Source: an uncultured Planctomycetota bacterium
GTDB lineage: Bacteria; Planctomycetota; Planctomycetia; Gemmatales; Gemmataceae
Direction: 5' to 3'
DNA length: 64,000 bases
Assembly (NCBI GenBank): GCA_963849325.1
Contig: CAWKHF010000006.1
Location: 576,001 to 640,000, forward strand
Below the pieces are notes generated by a model, which did not search any database, had not been told where the DNA came from, and worked only from the letters and a program-made list of their open reading frames with translations. Positions 10,117-21,203 of the stretch are shown in pieces (position 1 is the first letter of the stretch; the number at the start of each line of letters is the position of its first letter). The position numbers and the translations under genes were made by a program.

Positions 10117-11289
10117 TCATTGTAGCGAGGCCAGCTCGCGCAGGGGGCTGAGGGCGCGCAGATAATGCACCACACGCACCACGTCGCGGATGACCGCGTC
10201 TACTTCCTCCGCTGTGTTGAACCGCCCCAGGCCGAAGCGGAGGCTGCCGTACGCCAGCTCATCGTCCAGCCCCAGGGCCTTGAGCACGTAACTCGGCTCC
10301 AGGCTGGCCGTCGTGCAGGCCGAGCCGGACGACACGGCTACGTCCTTGAGGGCCATCAAGAGCGCCTCGCCGCGGACGTGCGCGAAGCTCAGGTTGAGGT
10401 TGCCCGGCAGTCGTTCGCTGGGATGGCCGTTGACCGTCACGTCGCTCAGCTGCTCCTGAATGCCTCGCCGCAATTGCTCGCGCAGGTTCGTTAGCCGGGC
10501 CGCCTCGGCGGTCATCTCCTGGCGACACAGCTCGCAGGCCAGGCCAAAGCCGACGATGCCGGGTACGTTGGCCGTGCCGCTGCGCAGGCCGCGCTCCTGA
10601 CCGCCGCCGTCCATCTGCGGCTCCAGCCGGACGCGCGGGTCGCGGCGGCGGACGTACAGGGCGCCGACGCCCTTGGGGCCATACATCTTATGAGCGCTGA
10701 GGCTGAGCAGGTCAATGCCCATGTCCTCGACGTCGAGCGGCACCTTGCCGGTGGCCTGCGCGGCGTCGCTGTGGAACAACACGCCGCGCTCCTTGCACAA
10801 TCGGCCAATCTCCCGGATCGGCTGCAAGGTGCCGATCTCGTTGTTGGCGGCCATGACGCTGACCAGGATGGTCCGGGGCGTTAAGGCCCGCGCAACCTGC
10901 TCCACCGAAACGCGGCCGTGAGCGTCCACCGGCAGGATGGTGACCTGGAAACCCTCGCGGCCCAGCCGGCGGATCGGATCGAGGACGGCCTTGTGCTCCG
11001 TGGCGACCGTAACCAGATGGTCGCCCTGGGGCCGATACATGGCGGCGACGCCCTTGAGAGCGAGGTTGTTGCTCTCGGTGGCGCCGCTGGTGAAAACGAG
11101 GTCGCGCGGATGGGCGCCGATCAGTTCGGCGACCTGCTCGCGGGCGTGCTCGACGGCCTCATCCGCCTCCCGGCCGAAGGCGTGCGTGAGGCTGGCGGCA
11201 TTGCCGTAGCGCTCGGTGAAATAGGGCAACATCGCTTCGACGACGCGCGGATCGGTTCGCGTCGTGGCGTTGTTGTCTAGGTAAATCAT
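10117..11289 (-). CDS. iscS: Cysteine desulfurase
   Basis: [18 protein letters not shown] and SSGSACT motifs. Confidence 0.95.
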   Translation of the reverse strand: MIYLDNNATTRTDPRVVEAMLPYFTERYGNAASLTHAFGREADEAVEHAREQVAELIGAHPRDLVFTSGATESNNLALKGVAAMYRPQGDHLVTVATEHKAVLDPIRRLGREGFQVTILPVDAHGRVSVEQVARALTPRTILVSVMAANNEIGTLQPIREIGRLCKERGVLFHSDAAQATGKVPLDVEDMGIDLLSLSAHKMYGPKGVGALYVRRRDPRVRLEPQMDGGGQERGLRSGTANVPGIVGFGLACELCRQEMTAEAARLTNLREQLRRGIQEQLSDVTVNGHPSERLPGNLNLSFAHVRGEALLMALKDVAVSSGSACTTASLEPSYVLKALGLDDELAYGSLRFGLGRFNTAEEVDAVIRDVVRVVHYLRALSPLRELASLQ

Positions 11290-11434
11290 CGCCAGCCGCC
11301 TCGGTCCTGAATGGTCGGGAGAACTTACGTCTGCTTATTTTACCGTAAGAGAGAAGGGCGGACCAGTTCTGTCCCACGGCGGTGTTGGTCCCTTGGAGCG
11401 GCGCTGGTAGAATGCGGCGAAGGAGGGTTCTCCC

Positions 11435-11815
11435 ATGAGTCCGATTATCTATCCCGCTGGAACGACCTCATCGCTGTGGATCGTGGTCCGGCCGGAACCG
11501 CCAGGGCAATACACGGCGCGAGTGGTCGGGTTGCCGGAGTTGGGCTCGAGAGCCGCGACTCGGGAGGAGGCGGTGCAGCAGGTCCGCAACATGCTCACCG
11601 AATGGGTCGCTTCCGGCCAGCTGGTTGCTATCGAAGTTCCCCAAATGCATCCCGTGAGGAGTTTTCGTGGTTGGATTGATCCTAATGACCCCTTGGAAAA
11701 GGAATTCCTGGCAGAATTGGCTCGACAAAAAGCCGAGGATCTGGAGCGAACCTTACGGGAGTACGAGCAGGAAGATCAGCAATGCTCCGGTTCCTCTTCG
11801 ACACCGACCACCTGA
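11435..11815 (+). CDS. Putative antitoxin with HicB-like N-terminal domain
   Basis: YTARVVGLPE...AATREEAVQQVR..L motif, acidic tail, overlaps the PIN toxin gene. Confidence 0.65.
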   Translation: MSPIIYPAGTTSSLWIVVRPEPPGQYTARVVGLPELGSRAATREEAVQQVRNMLTEWVASGQLVAIEVPQMHPVRSFRGWIDPNDPLEKEFLAELARQKAEDLERTLREYEQEDQQCSGSSSTPTT

Positions 11816-12201
11816 CCCTTTTCGATTACGCCCAGGTAGCCGTCTGGCGGAACTTCAGCAGCCATTCCTTGGGCAGCGTTGGCATCAGCGCGGTGACGGT
11901 CGGAGAATACCTACGCGGCCGGCTTGCGGCCGTCTCACGCCATCAAAGCGGCCCCTTGTCCATCCAAGTCTATACAAACCTCGTCGCTTCTCTTTCTTTT
12001 TTCCAGCAGTTCCCCATCGTGCCGTTTGATAGTACCTGCGAAAGTCAATTCCAGCAATGGCGCGGCGTGCGCCTGCGCATCGGAACTCCAGACCTGAAAA
12101 TCGCCGCCATCGCCCTGGCGAACAACCTGGTTGTGGTGACGCGCAACCGCCGCGACTTCGGCCGCATCCCCGGACTGAGGCTCGACGACTGGTCGGTGTG
12201 A
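11782..12201 (+). CDS. vapC: VapC-family PIN-domain toxin
   Basis: FLFDTDHL, DLKIAAIAL and VTRNRRDF..IPGL motifs. Confidence 0.88.
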   Translation: MLRFLFDTDHLTLFDYAQVAVWRNFSSHSLGSVGISAVTVGEYLRGRLAAVSRHQSGPLSIQVYTNLVASLSFFQQFPIVPFDSTCESQFQQWRGVRLRIGTPDLKIAAIALANNLVVVTRNRRDFGRIPGLRLDDWSV

Positions 12202-12283
12202 GTGTCCTTGAGTTCGGCGCACGATTGCGATAATCATAGTTCTGGTTGCGAAAGTGAGGGCGAGCCAGGGGAGGAGGGTCCGC

Positions 12284-13030
12284 GTGAAGTTCCATGAAAT
12301 GACGTCACCGCAGTTACGCGACGTGCCGCGCGATCAGACAGTGGTGCTGGCGCCCATCGCGGCGTGCGAACAGCACAGCCGCCATCTGCCGACCAGCACC
12401 GACACGGTGCTCGTCAGCGGCGTGGCCGAGGGCGTCGAGCGCCGCCTGCCGGAGCAGGTGTTGCTGCTGCCGACGCAGTGGTTCGGCGCGTCGTCGCATC
12501 ATCTGCGCTTCGGCGCCACGCTGTCCGCCGAGGTGGACACGCACGTCGCCATGCTGTGCGAACTGCTGGCGCCCTTGCTCGAAGACGGCTATCAACGGCT
12601 GCTCGTCCTCAACGGACACGGCGGCAACATCGACACCATGCACCTGGCCCTGCGCCGGCTGCAACCGCGCTTCCGCACCCACGTCCTATCGGCCGCGTCG
12701 TACTGGGAGCTGGCCGAACGCGAACTGGCCGGCCTAGTCGAGGGACCGCGCAAGTCGATGGGACACGCCTGCGAGTTCGAGACGTCGATGATGCTGGCCC
12801 TGCGACCGGAGCTGGTCCGCCGCGAGGCCATCCGCGATGACCCGCCGCGCGATGACCTCGCCCTGCGCGGCCTGTTCCTGGCCGACGATATGTGGCAAAA
12901 GACCGATCACGGCTGCGTTGGCTATCCCGAGCGCGCCAGTGCCGACAAGGGCCGCGCTTTCCTGACCGCCGCCATCGACCGTACCGTCGAAGTGGTGCAG
13001 GCGTTGTTGCAACGACCGTTGCCCGGTTGA
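12284..13030 (+). CDS. Creatininase family amidohydrolase
   Basis: EQHSRHLP..TD, NGHGGN and HACEFETS motifs. Confidence 0.9.
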   Translation: MKFHEMTSPQLRDVPRDQTVVLAPIAACEQHSRHLPTSTDTVLVSGVAEGVERRLPEQVLLLPTQWFGASSHHLRFGATLSAEVDTHVAMLCELLAPLLEDGYQRLLVLNGHGGNIDTMHLALRRLQPRFRTHVLSAASYWELAERELAGLVEGPRKSMGHACEFETSMMLALRPELVRREAIRDDPPRDDLALRGLFLADDMWQKTDHGCVGYPERASADKGRAFLTAAIDRTVEVVQALLQRPLPG

Positions 13031-13040
13031 ACGAGGACGG

Positions 13041-14777
13041 ATGGGGAAACGACTGCAAGTGGACGGCGAGAGGCTGCGCCGCGATGGCATCGCGGCGCTG
13101 ACGGTGTCGGCCATCGCCGTGCCGCAGGCGATGGCCTACGCTCAGATCGCCGGCCTGCCGCCACAGTATGGCCTGTACACCGCCTTCATCGTCACCGCGC
13201 TCGGTTCACTGTTCGGCTCGTCGGCGCACCTGATCAGTGGGCCGACCAATGCCATTTCCCTGGTCGTTTTCAGTGCCATCGCCGGACTCGACAATCCCGA
13301 CATCATTCCGGCCGTTTGTCTGCTCGCGTTCCTGGTCGGCGCCATTCAGGTGCTGATCGCCCTGTTCCGGCTGGGCGACCTGACGCGCTATGTCTCCGAG
13401 TCGGTTCTGCTCGGCTTCATGGCGGGGGCCGGTGTCCTGATCGCGCTGGGACAGGTGCCCAACCTGCTCGGTCTGCATCCGCAGGGAGACGGGCATCTAT
13501 CCGTCCTGCAACGCCTGGGGCTGACGCTGCGCGACGGCGGGCCAATCGACCGGCCGTCGGCGCTGCTGGGCCTGGGGACGCTGCTCGTGCTGATGCCGAT
13601 GCGCGTCCTGAAGCGCCGACTGACGGCGCCGTTTCCCGATCTGCTTTTGGCGTTGATCCTGGCGACGGTGGCGGCGCCGTTGCTGAACTGGGAACCGAGA
13701 GGAGGGACGCTCGCGGTGGAGCGCGGCCTACCGGCCCTGATGTCGCCGCCGGTATGGAGGCTCGAATGGATGCGTCCTCTCGGCGGCAGCGCCGTGGCCA
13801 TTGCCGTGCTGGGACTGCTGGAAGCGGTGGCCGTCGCCAAGTCGATCGCCGCCCGCACGCGGCAACGGCTGGACTTCAACCGCGAATGCCTGGGGCAGGG
13901 ATTGGCCAACCTTGGCGGCTCGTTCTTCCAGTGCATGCCCGGCTCCGGCTCGCTGACGCGCTCGAACATCAACTGGCAGGCCGGCGCCGTCAGCCGTTGG
14001 TCCGGCGTGCTGTCGGCCCTGATCGTCGCCGCCACTCTGCTGCTGTTCGCTCCGCTGGCGCGGTACGTCCCCAAGCCGGCGCTGGCCGCCATCCTGGTCG
14101 TGACCGGCTATCGCCTGATCGACCGTTCGCGCCTGTTCTACTGTCTGCGGGCGACGCGCTATGACGCCGTCATCGCCCTGAGCACGGCCGTGGCCGCCAT
14201 GTTCATCAGCATCGAGCTGTCCATCCTCATCGGCGTGTGCGTGTCGTTTCTGCTGTTCGTGCCGCGAGCGGCGCGCCTGCACGTCACGGAGATGGTCATC
14301 GGTCCCGAGCGCGTGGTGCGCGAACGCCAACCCAACGATCCCGATTGCGACCGTCTCGCCCTGTTCAGTCTGGAAGGCGAACTGTTCTTCGGCGCTGGCC
14401 CGCAGCTGGAGGAGTTCTTCGACATGCTGCGCCGGCGCGTCGGAAAGGGGTCGCGCGTCCTCATCCTGCGTTTGAAGCGCACGCGCAATCCCGACATGGT
14501 GTGTCTGGAGATGTTGCAGCAATTCCTCGAAGAGATGCAGGACCGTCAGGTGCCGGTGCTGCTGTGCGGCATCCGCCCCGACTTCGAGCAGGCGCTGCGC
14601 AACCTGCGCTTCCACCACTGGCTGCCGCGCGATTACGTCTTTCTGGAGGACGTGACGATGGGTTCCTCGACGCTCAAGGCGGTGCGGCGCGGCTACGAAC
14701 TGCTCGGCGATGACCTCTGCGACACCTGCCCCCGCCGTGACGAGCGCGGCAAGGGGGACTGGTATTACATGATTTGA
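13041..14777 (+). CDS. SulP-family anion transporter with STAS domain
   Basis: VPQAMAYAQIAGLPPQYGLY, GSGSLTRS, EGELFFGA motifs; many transmembrane segments. Confidence 0.93.
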   Translation: MGKRLQVDGERLRRDGIAALTVSAIAVPQAMAYAQIAGLPPQYGLYTAFIVTALGSLFGSSAHLISGPTNAISLVVFSAIAGLDNPDIIPAVCLLAFLVGAIQVLIALFRLGDLTRYVSESVLLGFMAGAGVLIALGQVPNLLGLHPQGDGHLSVLQRLGLTLRDGGPIDRPSALLGLGTLLVLMPMRVLKRRLTAPFPDLLLALILATVAAPLLNWEPRGGTLAVERGLPALMSPPVWRLEWMRPLGGSAVAIAVLGLLEAVAVAKSIAARTRQRLDFNRECLGQGLANLGGSFFQCMPGSGSLTRSNINWQAGAVSRWSGVLSALIVAATLLLFAPLARYVPKPALAAILVVTGYRLIDRSRLFYCLRATRYDAVIALSTAVAAMFISIELSILIGVCVSFLLFVPRAARLHVTEMVIGPERVVRERQPNDPDCDRLALFSLEGELFFGAGPQLEEFFDMLRRRVGKGSRVLILRLKRTRNPDMVCLEMLQQFLEEMQDRQVPVLLCGIRPDFEQALRNLRFHHWLPRDYVFLEDVTMGSSTLKAVRRGYELLGDDLCDTCPRRDERGKGDWYYMI

Positions 14778-14911
14778 ATACGGTTCTTTTGCATCTGACA
14801 AGTCGCCGACACAGGAGGACTCCCATAGTAGCTACTTGACAGACCGGCATGCAGCCAAGATGATCGGACCAGACGCATTCGTTCTCTCCAGATCCTTACC
14901 CGAGACGGCTG

Positions 14912-15892
14912 ATGGATCCTTCGCTCCAGCCCTTGCTCACCCGTCTGGAACGTCTCTCCGACGAATTCCGAGAAATTCGGGAAGGAATCGAAAAGGCTGT
15001 CCAGGTCGCCAAAGTCGATCCCGAGATGGCCCTGACCCGCGCCCGCAAGGTGCTGGAACTGGTGGTCCGGGAGATCTTCCAGCGTCGCGTGAACGAGCCG
15101 CCCGGCACCCGCCCCTTGGAGAACCTCATCCAGCGTCTGGTCAAGGACGGCTACTTCCCCGATCGCCTGGATGCCTATGCTTCCACCATCCGCAAGCTCG
15201 GCAATGTCGGCACCCACTCCTTCGGCGAAGGCGTCACCCGAACCGACGTGCGGCTGTCGCTTACGCAGCAGATGCCGATTCTCGATTGGTACTTCCAGGT
15301 CGAGCGGCCGGATGCGGTCGTCCCGCCTGCCGAGACCTCCGCACGCAGGACGAAACCGCCCGCGCTGGCGGCGCCTGCGGACAAGCGATCCTCGCCGCCC
15401 GTCCGCGCCACTCCTCCCGCAATACCCAGGAAACCTTCCGGCCGCCCACCAGTCGCCCCGCCGGTGGTCCCAGAGTCGATGAGGAAGGGCCGCGCCACGG
15501 TCGCCAGGGCGATGAAGACGGCGGACGCGCAGCAATCGAGGAAGTGGCTTATTGGGCCGCTGCCCGTCGTACTGCTTCTCGCTGGGTTGCTCGTACTAAT
15601 CATCGGGTTCGCCTTGAAGAACCGTTCGTCTTCGGCCCACGACACCGCTCCCACTGTCGCGAACGCGAGTAGCATGAAGGTTGAGTCAAACGCCGCTCCT
15701 ACCGTTGATGCCTCGAAGCGCACTCCGAGGTTGCCTATTGAATGGACTCGATTCCCGCGTAGCGAAATGTGGGAGAGCAAGCTCAATCGCGTAATTGATT
15801 ATGGCGGTGTGGATGATCCGGGAATGACTCTTGAGGGAGCGCTCAACAACCTCGCGAAGCAGTACGACTTAGTCAGTGCCATTCCTTCCTGA
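14912..15892 (+). CDS. DUF4145-like domain membrane protein, probably 3'-truncated at the island edge
   Basis: ALTRARKVLE...IRKLGNVGTH N-terminal domain, Pro-rich linker, one TM helix; abrupt end before low-GC DNA. Confidence 0.65.
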   Translation: MDPSLQPLLTRLERLSDEFREIREGIEKAVQVAKVDPEMALTRARKVLELVVREIFQRRVNEPPGTRPLENLIQRLVKDGYFPDRLDAYASTIRKLGNVGTHSFGEGVTRTDVRLSLTQQMPILDWYFQVERPDAVVPPAETSARRTKPPALAAPADKRSSPPVRATPPAIPRKPSGRPPVAPPVVPESMRKGRATVARAMKTADAQQSRKWLIGPLPVVLLLAGLLVLIIGFALKNRSSSAHDTAPTVANASSMKVESNAAPTVDASKRTPRLPIEWTRFPRSEMWESKLNRVIDYGGVDDPGMTLEGALNNLAKQYDLVSAIPS

Positions 15893-15910
15893 CACGTTTC
15901 CCTGCTCTCT

Positions 15911-16450
15911 TTATCTTTGATCTCCTAGGAAAGGGAATTCATGAAGACGAAGTTGTTTCAGTTGTTCTTCTAACAGAGGTTCTATATTCCCTTTGGTCAG
16001 ATCGAAGTTTGCTTCACCGTTGCCAAGAAGAAATCGATGACCATTAATTGGTACATCTTTGGGGACAAACCAAGTCACTTGCCAACTACCAGCTCTATTT
16101 TTTGTAACCACTCCATACCGTTCGCTCCATCGCCATTTCACATATGCATCCCAGTCGATTTGGGGGATTCGTTTCAATTCTAGACTACTCCAAATGGATT
16201 TTGATGGACTTATGGTGAAAGGAATCAGTAGTTCTGATCTTGGATACCAATCCAGATTCTGTAGGGAACCGTTGGATTCGCTAACAAAACTGATGAATAT
16301 GGTGTCGGGAGGAAGTGGTGAGGTCGATACCTTGACACGATCCGTTGGATTTAATGCAAAGTATACTCTTAAAACAATGGCTACCACAATTAGAAACGCC
16401 AACGCCAGAATCAAGTTTGCAATTCTTTTTTCTCTAAGTCGGCATTTCAT
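15911..16450 (-). CDS. Low-GC hypothetical membrane-anchored protein (Rhs partner position)
   Basis: 179 aa, N-terminal hydrophobic helix, AT-rich codons, same strand as the Rhs modules. Confidence 0.7.
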   Translation of the reverse strand: MKCRLREKRIANLILALAFLIVVAIVLRVYFALNPTDRVKVSTSPLPPDTIFISFVSESNGSLQNLDWYPRSELLIPFTISPSKSIWSSLELKRIPQIDWDAYVKWRWSERYGVVTKNRAGSWQVTWFVPKDVPINGHRFLLGNGEANFDLTKGNIEPLLEEQLKQLRLHEFPFLGDQR

Positions 16451-16479
16451 TGACTATACCGTGCCCTTTCTCTGGTTGC

Positions 16480-16601
16480 TTAACACTACAGCGCAGGTTG
16501 CTGGAAATTGCCTGGAAATCGAGCGAGTGCCACTTTGGCAGTTATCTCGAAAAACCGCGAAAAAACAAGAGCCACGCTCAAGACCAGCGCTGTAGTGTTA
16601 A
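16480..16601. mobile_element. MITE-like element 1
   Basis: 19-bp inverted repeats with 1 mismatch (ttaacactacagcgcaggt / accagcgctgtagtgttaa); no internal coding capacity. Confidence 0.6.
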
Positions 16602-16781
16602 CTCGACTTTTGCACTTTTTGAGGTTGCGGTCATGGTTGAGCTTGAGCGCCGAAACATCGGCGCTCAACCAAGGGGTTTTCAATGGCCTCAAGAAACCCT
16701 ACCTTTTCAATAATCCGATAAGCCTTGATTTTCCGCTGTTTTCATGCCCTCGCATGGTATCGGAAAAGTGCAAAAGTCGAG
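16602..16781. mobile_element. MITE-like element 2
   Basis: Perfect 18-bp terminal inverted repeats ctcgacttttgcactttt / aaaagtgcaaaagtcgag. Confidence 0.65.
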
Positions 16782-16920
16782 CTAAGCAATCTAAAATGGA
16801 GGTTTGCCGCCCTTTGGAGGAGGTATTATCACAGGTGTTGGAGGTAATGTGCTGAGATCTATAGAGCGATGCACAGGGCGAAGCGCGCTACTCTGACCGC
16901 AACATTCAGAAGATCATTCC

Positions 16921-18409
16921 GTAGTCATTCACGGGCCAATTAGAGGTCAAGCGGCATGAGCATCAACGGCCGGGGTCAGCAACGACGGCAGGACGTGCCT
17001 TTCGGCGGCTGCCGCCAGGCACGCCGTCAGGTAATCCCATGCGCCCCGGCCCCGCTGACGGCACGTCTCCACCACCGACCAGATGCACGACAGGTACTCC
17101 CTGCCGTCCATACTCCGCGGGCCGTGACTCTGCTTCCGCCACAACACCCCATGACGCACCGCACGCTCCGCCGCGTTGTTCGTCGGCTCGACACCCGACA
17201 CGAACGCAAACAGGAACAACGACACCTCACACCCCAGCAGTTCGCGGCACACCGCTGCCGTCTTGGCGCAGCCGCACGCCGCCCCCCACGCCAAGACGGC
17301 GCGGAAGCGCACGCGAAAGTCCCGCGCGGCGTGCAGACGACCTGCGAAACGTATCTTCGTCAACGTCCCGTCACGCACGCGCTTCCACCAGCCCAGCATC
17401 TGCCCCGACAAGGCCAACAACTCCTCGCCGACCTCCACGCCGGCGTTCTTCCGGTCCACCATCGCCTGGAAGTCCCGCCGCAGGTGCGCCCAGCACAACT
17501 GATGGCGTTCGTCGGGCAGGTGGTCGTAGACGCGATAACGGTCGGTGGTCATCACGCGCCGGTAGTCCGTCCCTACCAGCCGGTCCAGCTCGCGGCGACT
17601 GCGGCCGCGGACGACCTGGTAAACGGTGGCCACCGCCGTGACCATCACCCACAGCCAACGCCCTCGACCCATCGATGTCTCCTCGACGTTGGCCGGTTGC
17701 TGCCGCGTCGCCGCCAGCAACTCGTCCACCGCCGGCCGCAGTTGCCGGCCGACCTCGGCCTCGATGGCGCAGACCTGTCCGGCCGACAGCGGCACGGCGA
17801 ACAGGTCGGTCAGCAGGCGGGCGGCCTTGGCCTTGCTCAGCCGGTAGGCGCCGGTCAACAGGGCGCCGGCGGCCTTCAGGCGTGGCCCGTCCTGGCCGGC
17901 CGGCGCCTGCCCGCAGGTGGTGACGCCGCAGCGGGGGCATCTCAGGCGGTGGCGACGGTACTCGGTGACGACGGGCCGGACGGCCGGCACGTCCCAGACC
18001 TGGTGACGTAGCGGCTGGGGGTCGTCGCCGCACAGCGGCAGCCGGCAGCGGCGGCAGGCCGTGGGTTTGCAGTGTTGGATGGCGTCGGGGTGGTCGGTAA
18101 GAGGGCGTTGGCTCTTGGCATGTCCAGTCTGCCCGCCGACCGCACGCCCGGTGGGCGGGCGGGGCGGGGCGCGTTTGACGGCGGGCGGATCGGAAGAGGG
18201 TGGCTTGGAGGAGTTGGTGGAGTTTTGGTTAAGGCGGGCTTCGAGGTCGGCGAGCCGTTGCTCGTAGTGCCGGATGAAGGCGCAGAGGGCAGCTTGGGCA
18301 GCCGGAGGGATTTGCTGCCACAGTTCGTCAGGGATTGGCGGAGCTGCGCTCATGCAGCTGACGTAGCGATCACGCTAGGACTTGGCAACCTCGCCCCGTG
18401 AATGAGTAC
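16921..18409 (-). mobile_element. IS66-family element (single-ORF type)
   Basis: 15-bp inverted repeats with 1 mismatch (gtagtcattcacggg / cccgtgaatgagtac); no flanking direct repeat. Confidence 0.85.
16947..18353 (-). CDS. IS66-family transposase
   Basis: NSTNSSKPPSSD, Cys zinc motifs, QLCWAHLRRDF and TNNAAERAVR motifs. Confidence 0.92.
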   Translation of the reverse strand: MSAAPPIPDELWQQIPPAAQAALCAFIRHYEQRLADLEARLNQNSTNSSKPPSSDPPAVKRAPPRPPTGRAVGGQTGHAKSQRPLTDHPDAIQHCKPTACRRCRLPLCGDDPQPLRHQVWDVPAVRPVVTEYRRHRLRCPRCGVTTCGQAPAGQDGPRLKAAGALLTGAYRLSKAKAARLLTDLFAVPLSAGQVCAIEAEVGRQLRPAVDELLAATRQQPANVEETSMGRGRWLWVMVTAVATVYQVVRGRSRRELDRLVGTDYRRVMTTDRYRVYDHLPDERHQLCWAHLRRDFQAMVDRKNAGVEVGEELLALSGQMLGWWKRVRDGTLTKIRFAGRLHAARDFRVRFRAVLAWGAACGCAKTAAVCRELLGCEVSLFLFAFVSGVEPTNNAAERAVRHGVLWRKQSHGPRSMDGREYLSCIWSVVETCRQRGRGAWDYLTACLAAAAERHVLPSLLTPAVDAHAA

Positions 18410-20870
18410 GACGTACGGGTCTCCGGCGTCGCCCGTCTGCGATGGGTTCGGCTGGGCGATGAACGTCTGGTTGACGTGATTCTGCGGATGATCGCGCTCG
18501 ACCACCGTGCCCAGGCCCAGGTACTTGTAGCTCTCCAGCGTGCCCGTGCCGTCCGACAGCGACGACAAGCGGCTGATACTGCTGTCCAGGCCGCTGGCGT
18601 AGTTGTAGTAGACGACATAACCGCTGGGGTAGACCAGTTGCGTCAACCGGCTGTTGTTCTGACCGCCGGACATCTCCGTGTAACCGTACTGCACCTCCGG
18701 CGTCGTGCCCGGAACCACCGCGCCGCTGTGCGACTGATACTCGCCGGTCAACTGACCCAGGCCGTTGTACACGTCCTGCACCTGGTTGACGATGTTGCCG
18801 CCGCTGGGCGCGTCAAAGCTGGTGATTAGCGCCAGGTTGCCCTGGCTATCGTAGCCGTACTCGATACGGCGCACCGAGCCGTCCACGCCCGCACCCAACG
18901 TCGTCACGGCGTCGGAAGTCAGCCGTCCCAGCACGTCATAGGTATACTGATGGACGTTGCCGTTGCGGTCGGTGGACTGCACCACCTCTCCCAGCGCGTT
19001 GACCAGGTAGCTGTCTTGCTGGCTGCTGCTGGGAGCGCCCGTCGTCGGATCGGGATGCTGGATCGCCGACAGAATGTCATTGCTGTTGACGCCGCTGCCG
19101 CTGGCGGTGGTCACGCCGTAGACGTACTGCGTCTGCTGATAGGCGCCGCCCGGTTCGTCGGCACGCACATAGGTCACATTGTTGTCGCCGTCGTAGCCGT
19201 ACTCGGTGGCGATATTGCTGTCGTCGGTCTCGGTGCCGTCGGTGTAGTCCTGAATGGTCTTCGTGGTGCGGCCCAGGTTGTCGTACAGCGTGCGCGTGAC
19301 GAGGTCCATCGGGTCGGTCACGTCCTGCACCAAACCCATGTCGTTGTAGGCATACGTCGTCACCAACGCCGTCGCCGACGCGGCCGGCGGCGTGTCCGGC
19401 CGCGTCCAAGCCACGCCGCCGTTGGTGCCCATGTCCACGTCGGCGATTAGACGATCCGCATTGTCGTAATAAGCGGCCGCATAGTACACTCGCGCCCCAA
19501 TGCCGCTCGTCGGACTGCCCAGCGGACCCGTCCCCGTGGCATCGTCGAAACGCTGACTGTCCATCGTCTCGATGGCGTTGCCGTCGCCGTCGTAGACCGT
19601 CTGCTCTTGCTCCAACACCGTGTCGTTGGCCACGCTGGCCGCGTCCGCCCAGGTCGTACCGCCCGCACCGTCCGTCGTGAAATCCATCACGTCGCGGCCA
19701 GCACCATCATACTGGCTCTTGGTCCATAGCCCGCCCGGCCCGACTCAGCGATCAAATCGCCGCGATGATCGTAGTAATCGTTGGTAGTCAAGGCTGTGCT
19801 CGACACCGCCCCCGTGCTCGGGTTCACGTCGTAAACTTGCGTCTGGTAGACACGGCCCTGATCGTCGTAGCTGTCGATCTCCTGAGCACGCAGCAGATTG
19901 GACGCCAGCGCTTGCAGCACACCATTGAGAATCTGCGGCGTCACGCCGTCGCCGTCGTACTGCTGCGTCTCAATGGTTTCGCCGAGATTGTCGTAGGTGG
20001 TAACGACGATGGGCCGATGGGTGCCGTCGTTCTCGCTGGACTGCACGCCGGACTTGGTGGCCACCAGCCGGTCACGCCAGTCGTACCACATCTGCGTGAT
20101 ACGCTCCGCTTCGCCCAGGCCGGGATAGTCCGTCTCTTGCGTCAAGTTGCCATCGCCGATGCCGCCGTTGTCGTACTGGTAGCTCGACACCATCACCATG
20201 TTCGACGTGCCGGTGTTGTTGTTCGGCGACCATTCGCCGTACTCCGGCGTGTCATTGGTGCCGACCCAATCGCTGAGGGGCTCGCCCAGGCTGTTGTACA
20301 CCGTGCGGTAAATGGTGCCGTTGGCCGTCTGCGTCCGCACCAGACGACCGCCGCTGTCGTAGCCGTACTGCGTCTGGTAATAGTTGACGTTGAGCGTGCC
20401 CATCACGCCGGTCGTGTAGGCCAGACCGCCCAGGTTGAAGTACTGATCTTCGGCGATGACCTGGCCGGCGTCGTTGGTGTAGTCCCGAGTGAGACTTTGC
20501 AGACCGCTGATAGCTTCGCTGCCGTTGGGCGTGCCGTCGGGATTGAGGTTGGGCGTCGCCGTCATGGTGAAGGTTTCATCGTAGCCGTCGGCGGCGTCCT
20601 CGCGGATGACCTCGGTGGGGCCGGTCGGCGTGCCGGTGCTGGCGTTCCAGCCCGGATAGATGCGTTCTTCGTGCTGCGGGTCGAGATAGACGTAGTAGGT
20701 GATGTTGCCATCGGGCGAGGTCTCTTTCGTGGTCCGCCCCGCGCGTCCACCTGATACTGCGTCACCAGGTTCAGGCCGCCGCCCGTCGGCGTGCTCCAGC
20801 CCGCCGGCAAGTTCGTGAACTCACTGGTGTCCGCCGTGTTCACGTCCTGGATCTGCGTCAGCAGGACACG
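18410..20870 (-). pseudogene. Orphan Rhs/YD core module 2, truncated by IS66, several frameshifts
   Basis: Near-copy of the Rhs core from ...DVNTADTSEF to ...GDAGDPYV; no start codon; indels near 19740, 20570 and 20737. Confidence 0.85.
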
Positions 20871-21066
20871 CGGCGGCTCGCAGGGGTTGCATGACGTGCC
20901 CTGGGGCAGCGGCGACAGCCGCGCCGCCGAGATGCTGCGTGTGCTCAAGGCCAAGGGGTTCAAGGGACCGATCGCCATCGAGTACGAATGGAAGTGGGAC
21001 ATTCCGACGCTGCTCCAGTGCGTCGCGTTCTTCCACGAGCAGGCCAACAAGCTCGCCGCCGAGTGA
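20871..21066 (+). pseudogene. 3' fragment of a sugar-phosphate isomerase/epimerase (TIM-barrel) gene, copy 1
   Basis: HDVPWGSGD...LKAKGFKGPIAIEYEW...*; near-identical to 27025-27220. Confidence 0.7.
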
Positions 21067-21076
21067 TCCGCTGGAG

Positions 21077-21180
21077 AAAGGTGTCAGGAACCTTTTAAGG
21101 TCTTAAAAGGTTCCTGACACCTTTTCTCTTCCCTTTTCTCTTCCTTTTCTCTTCCCTTTTCTCTTCCCTTTTCTCTTCTT
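21077..21180. repeat. Palindrome GGTGTCAGGAACC...GGTTCCTGACACC plus pyrimidine microsatellite
   Basis: Arms 21077-21099 / 21102-21124, followed by ttctcttcc(c)ttt tandem units. Confidence 0.85.
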
Positions 21181-21203
21181 CGGATCAGGACTGGTAGAAG
21201 TTA

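Noticed and set aside
15868-15884. cttagtcagtgccatt as an IS4-like end truncating the DUF4145 gene
   Set aside because: Single short motif with no partner repeat or transposase; cannot be supported without a database search
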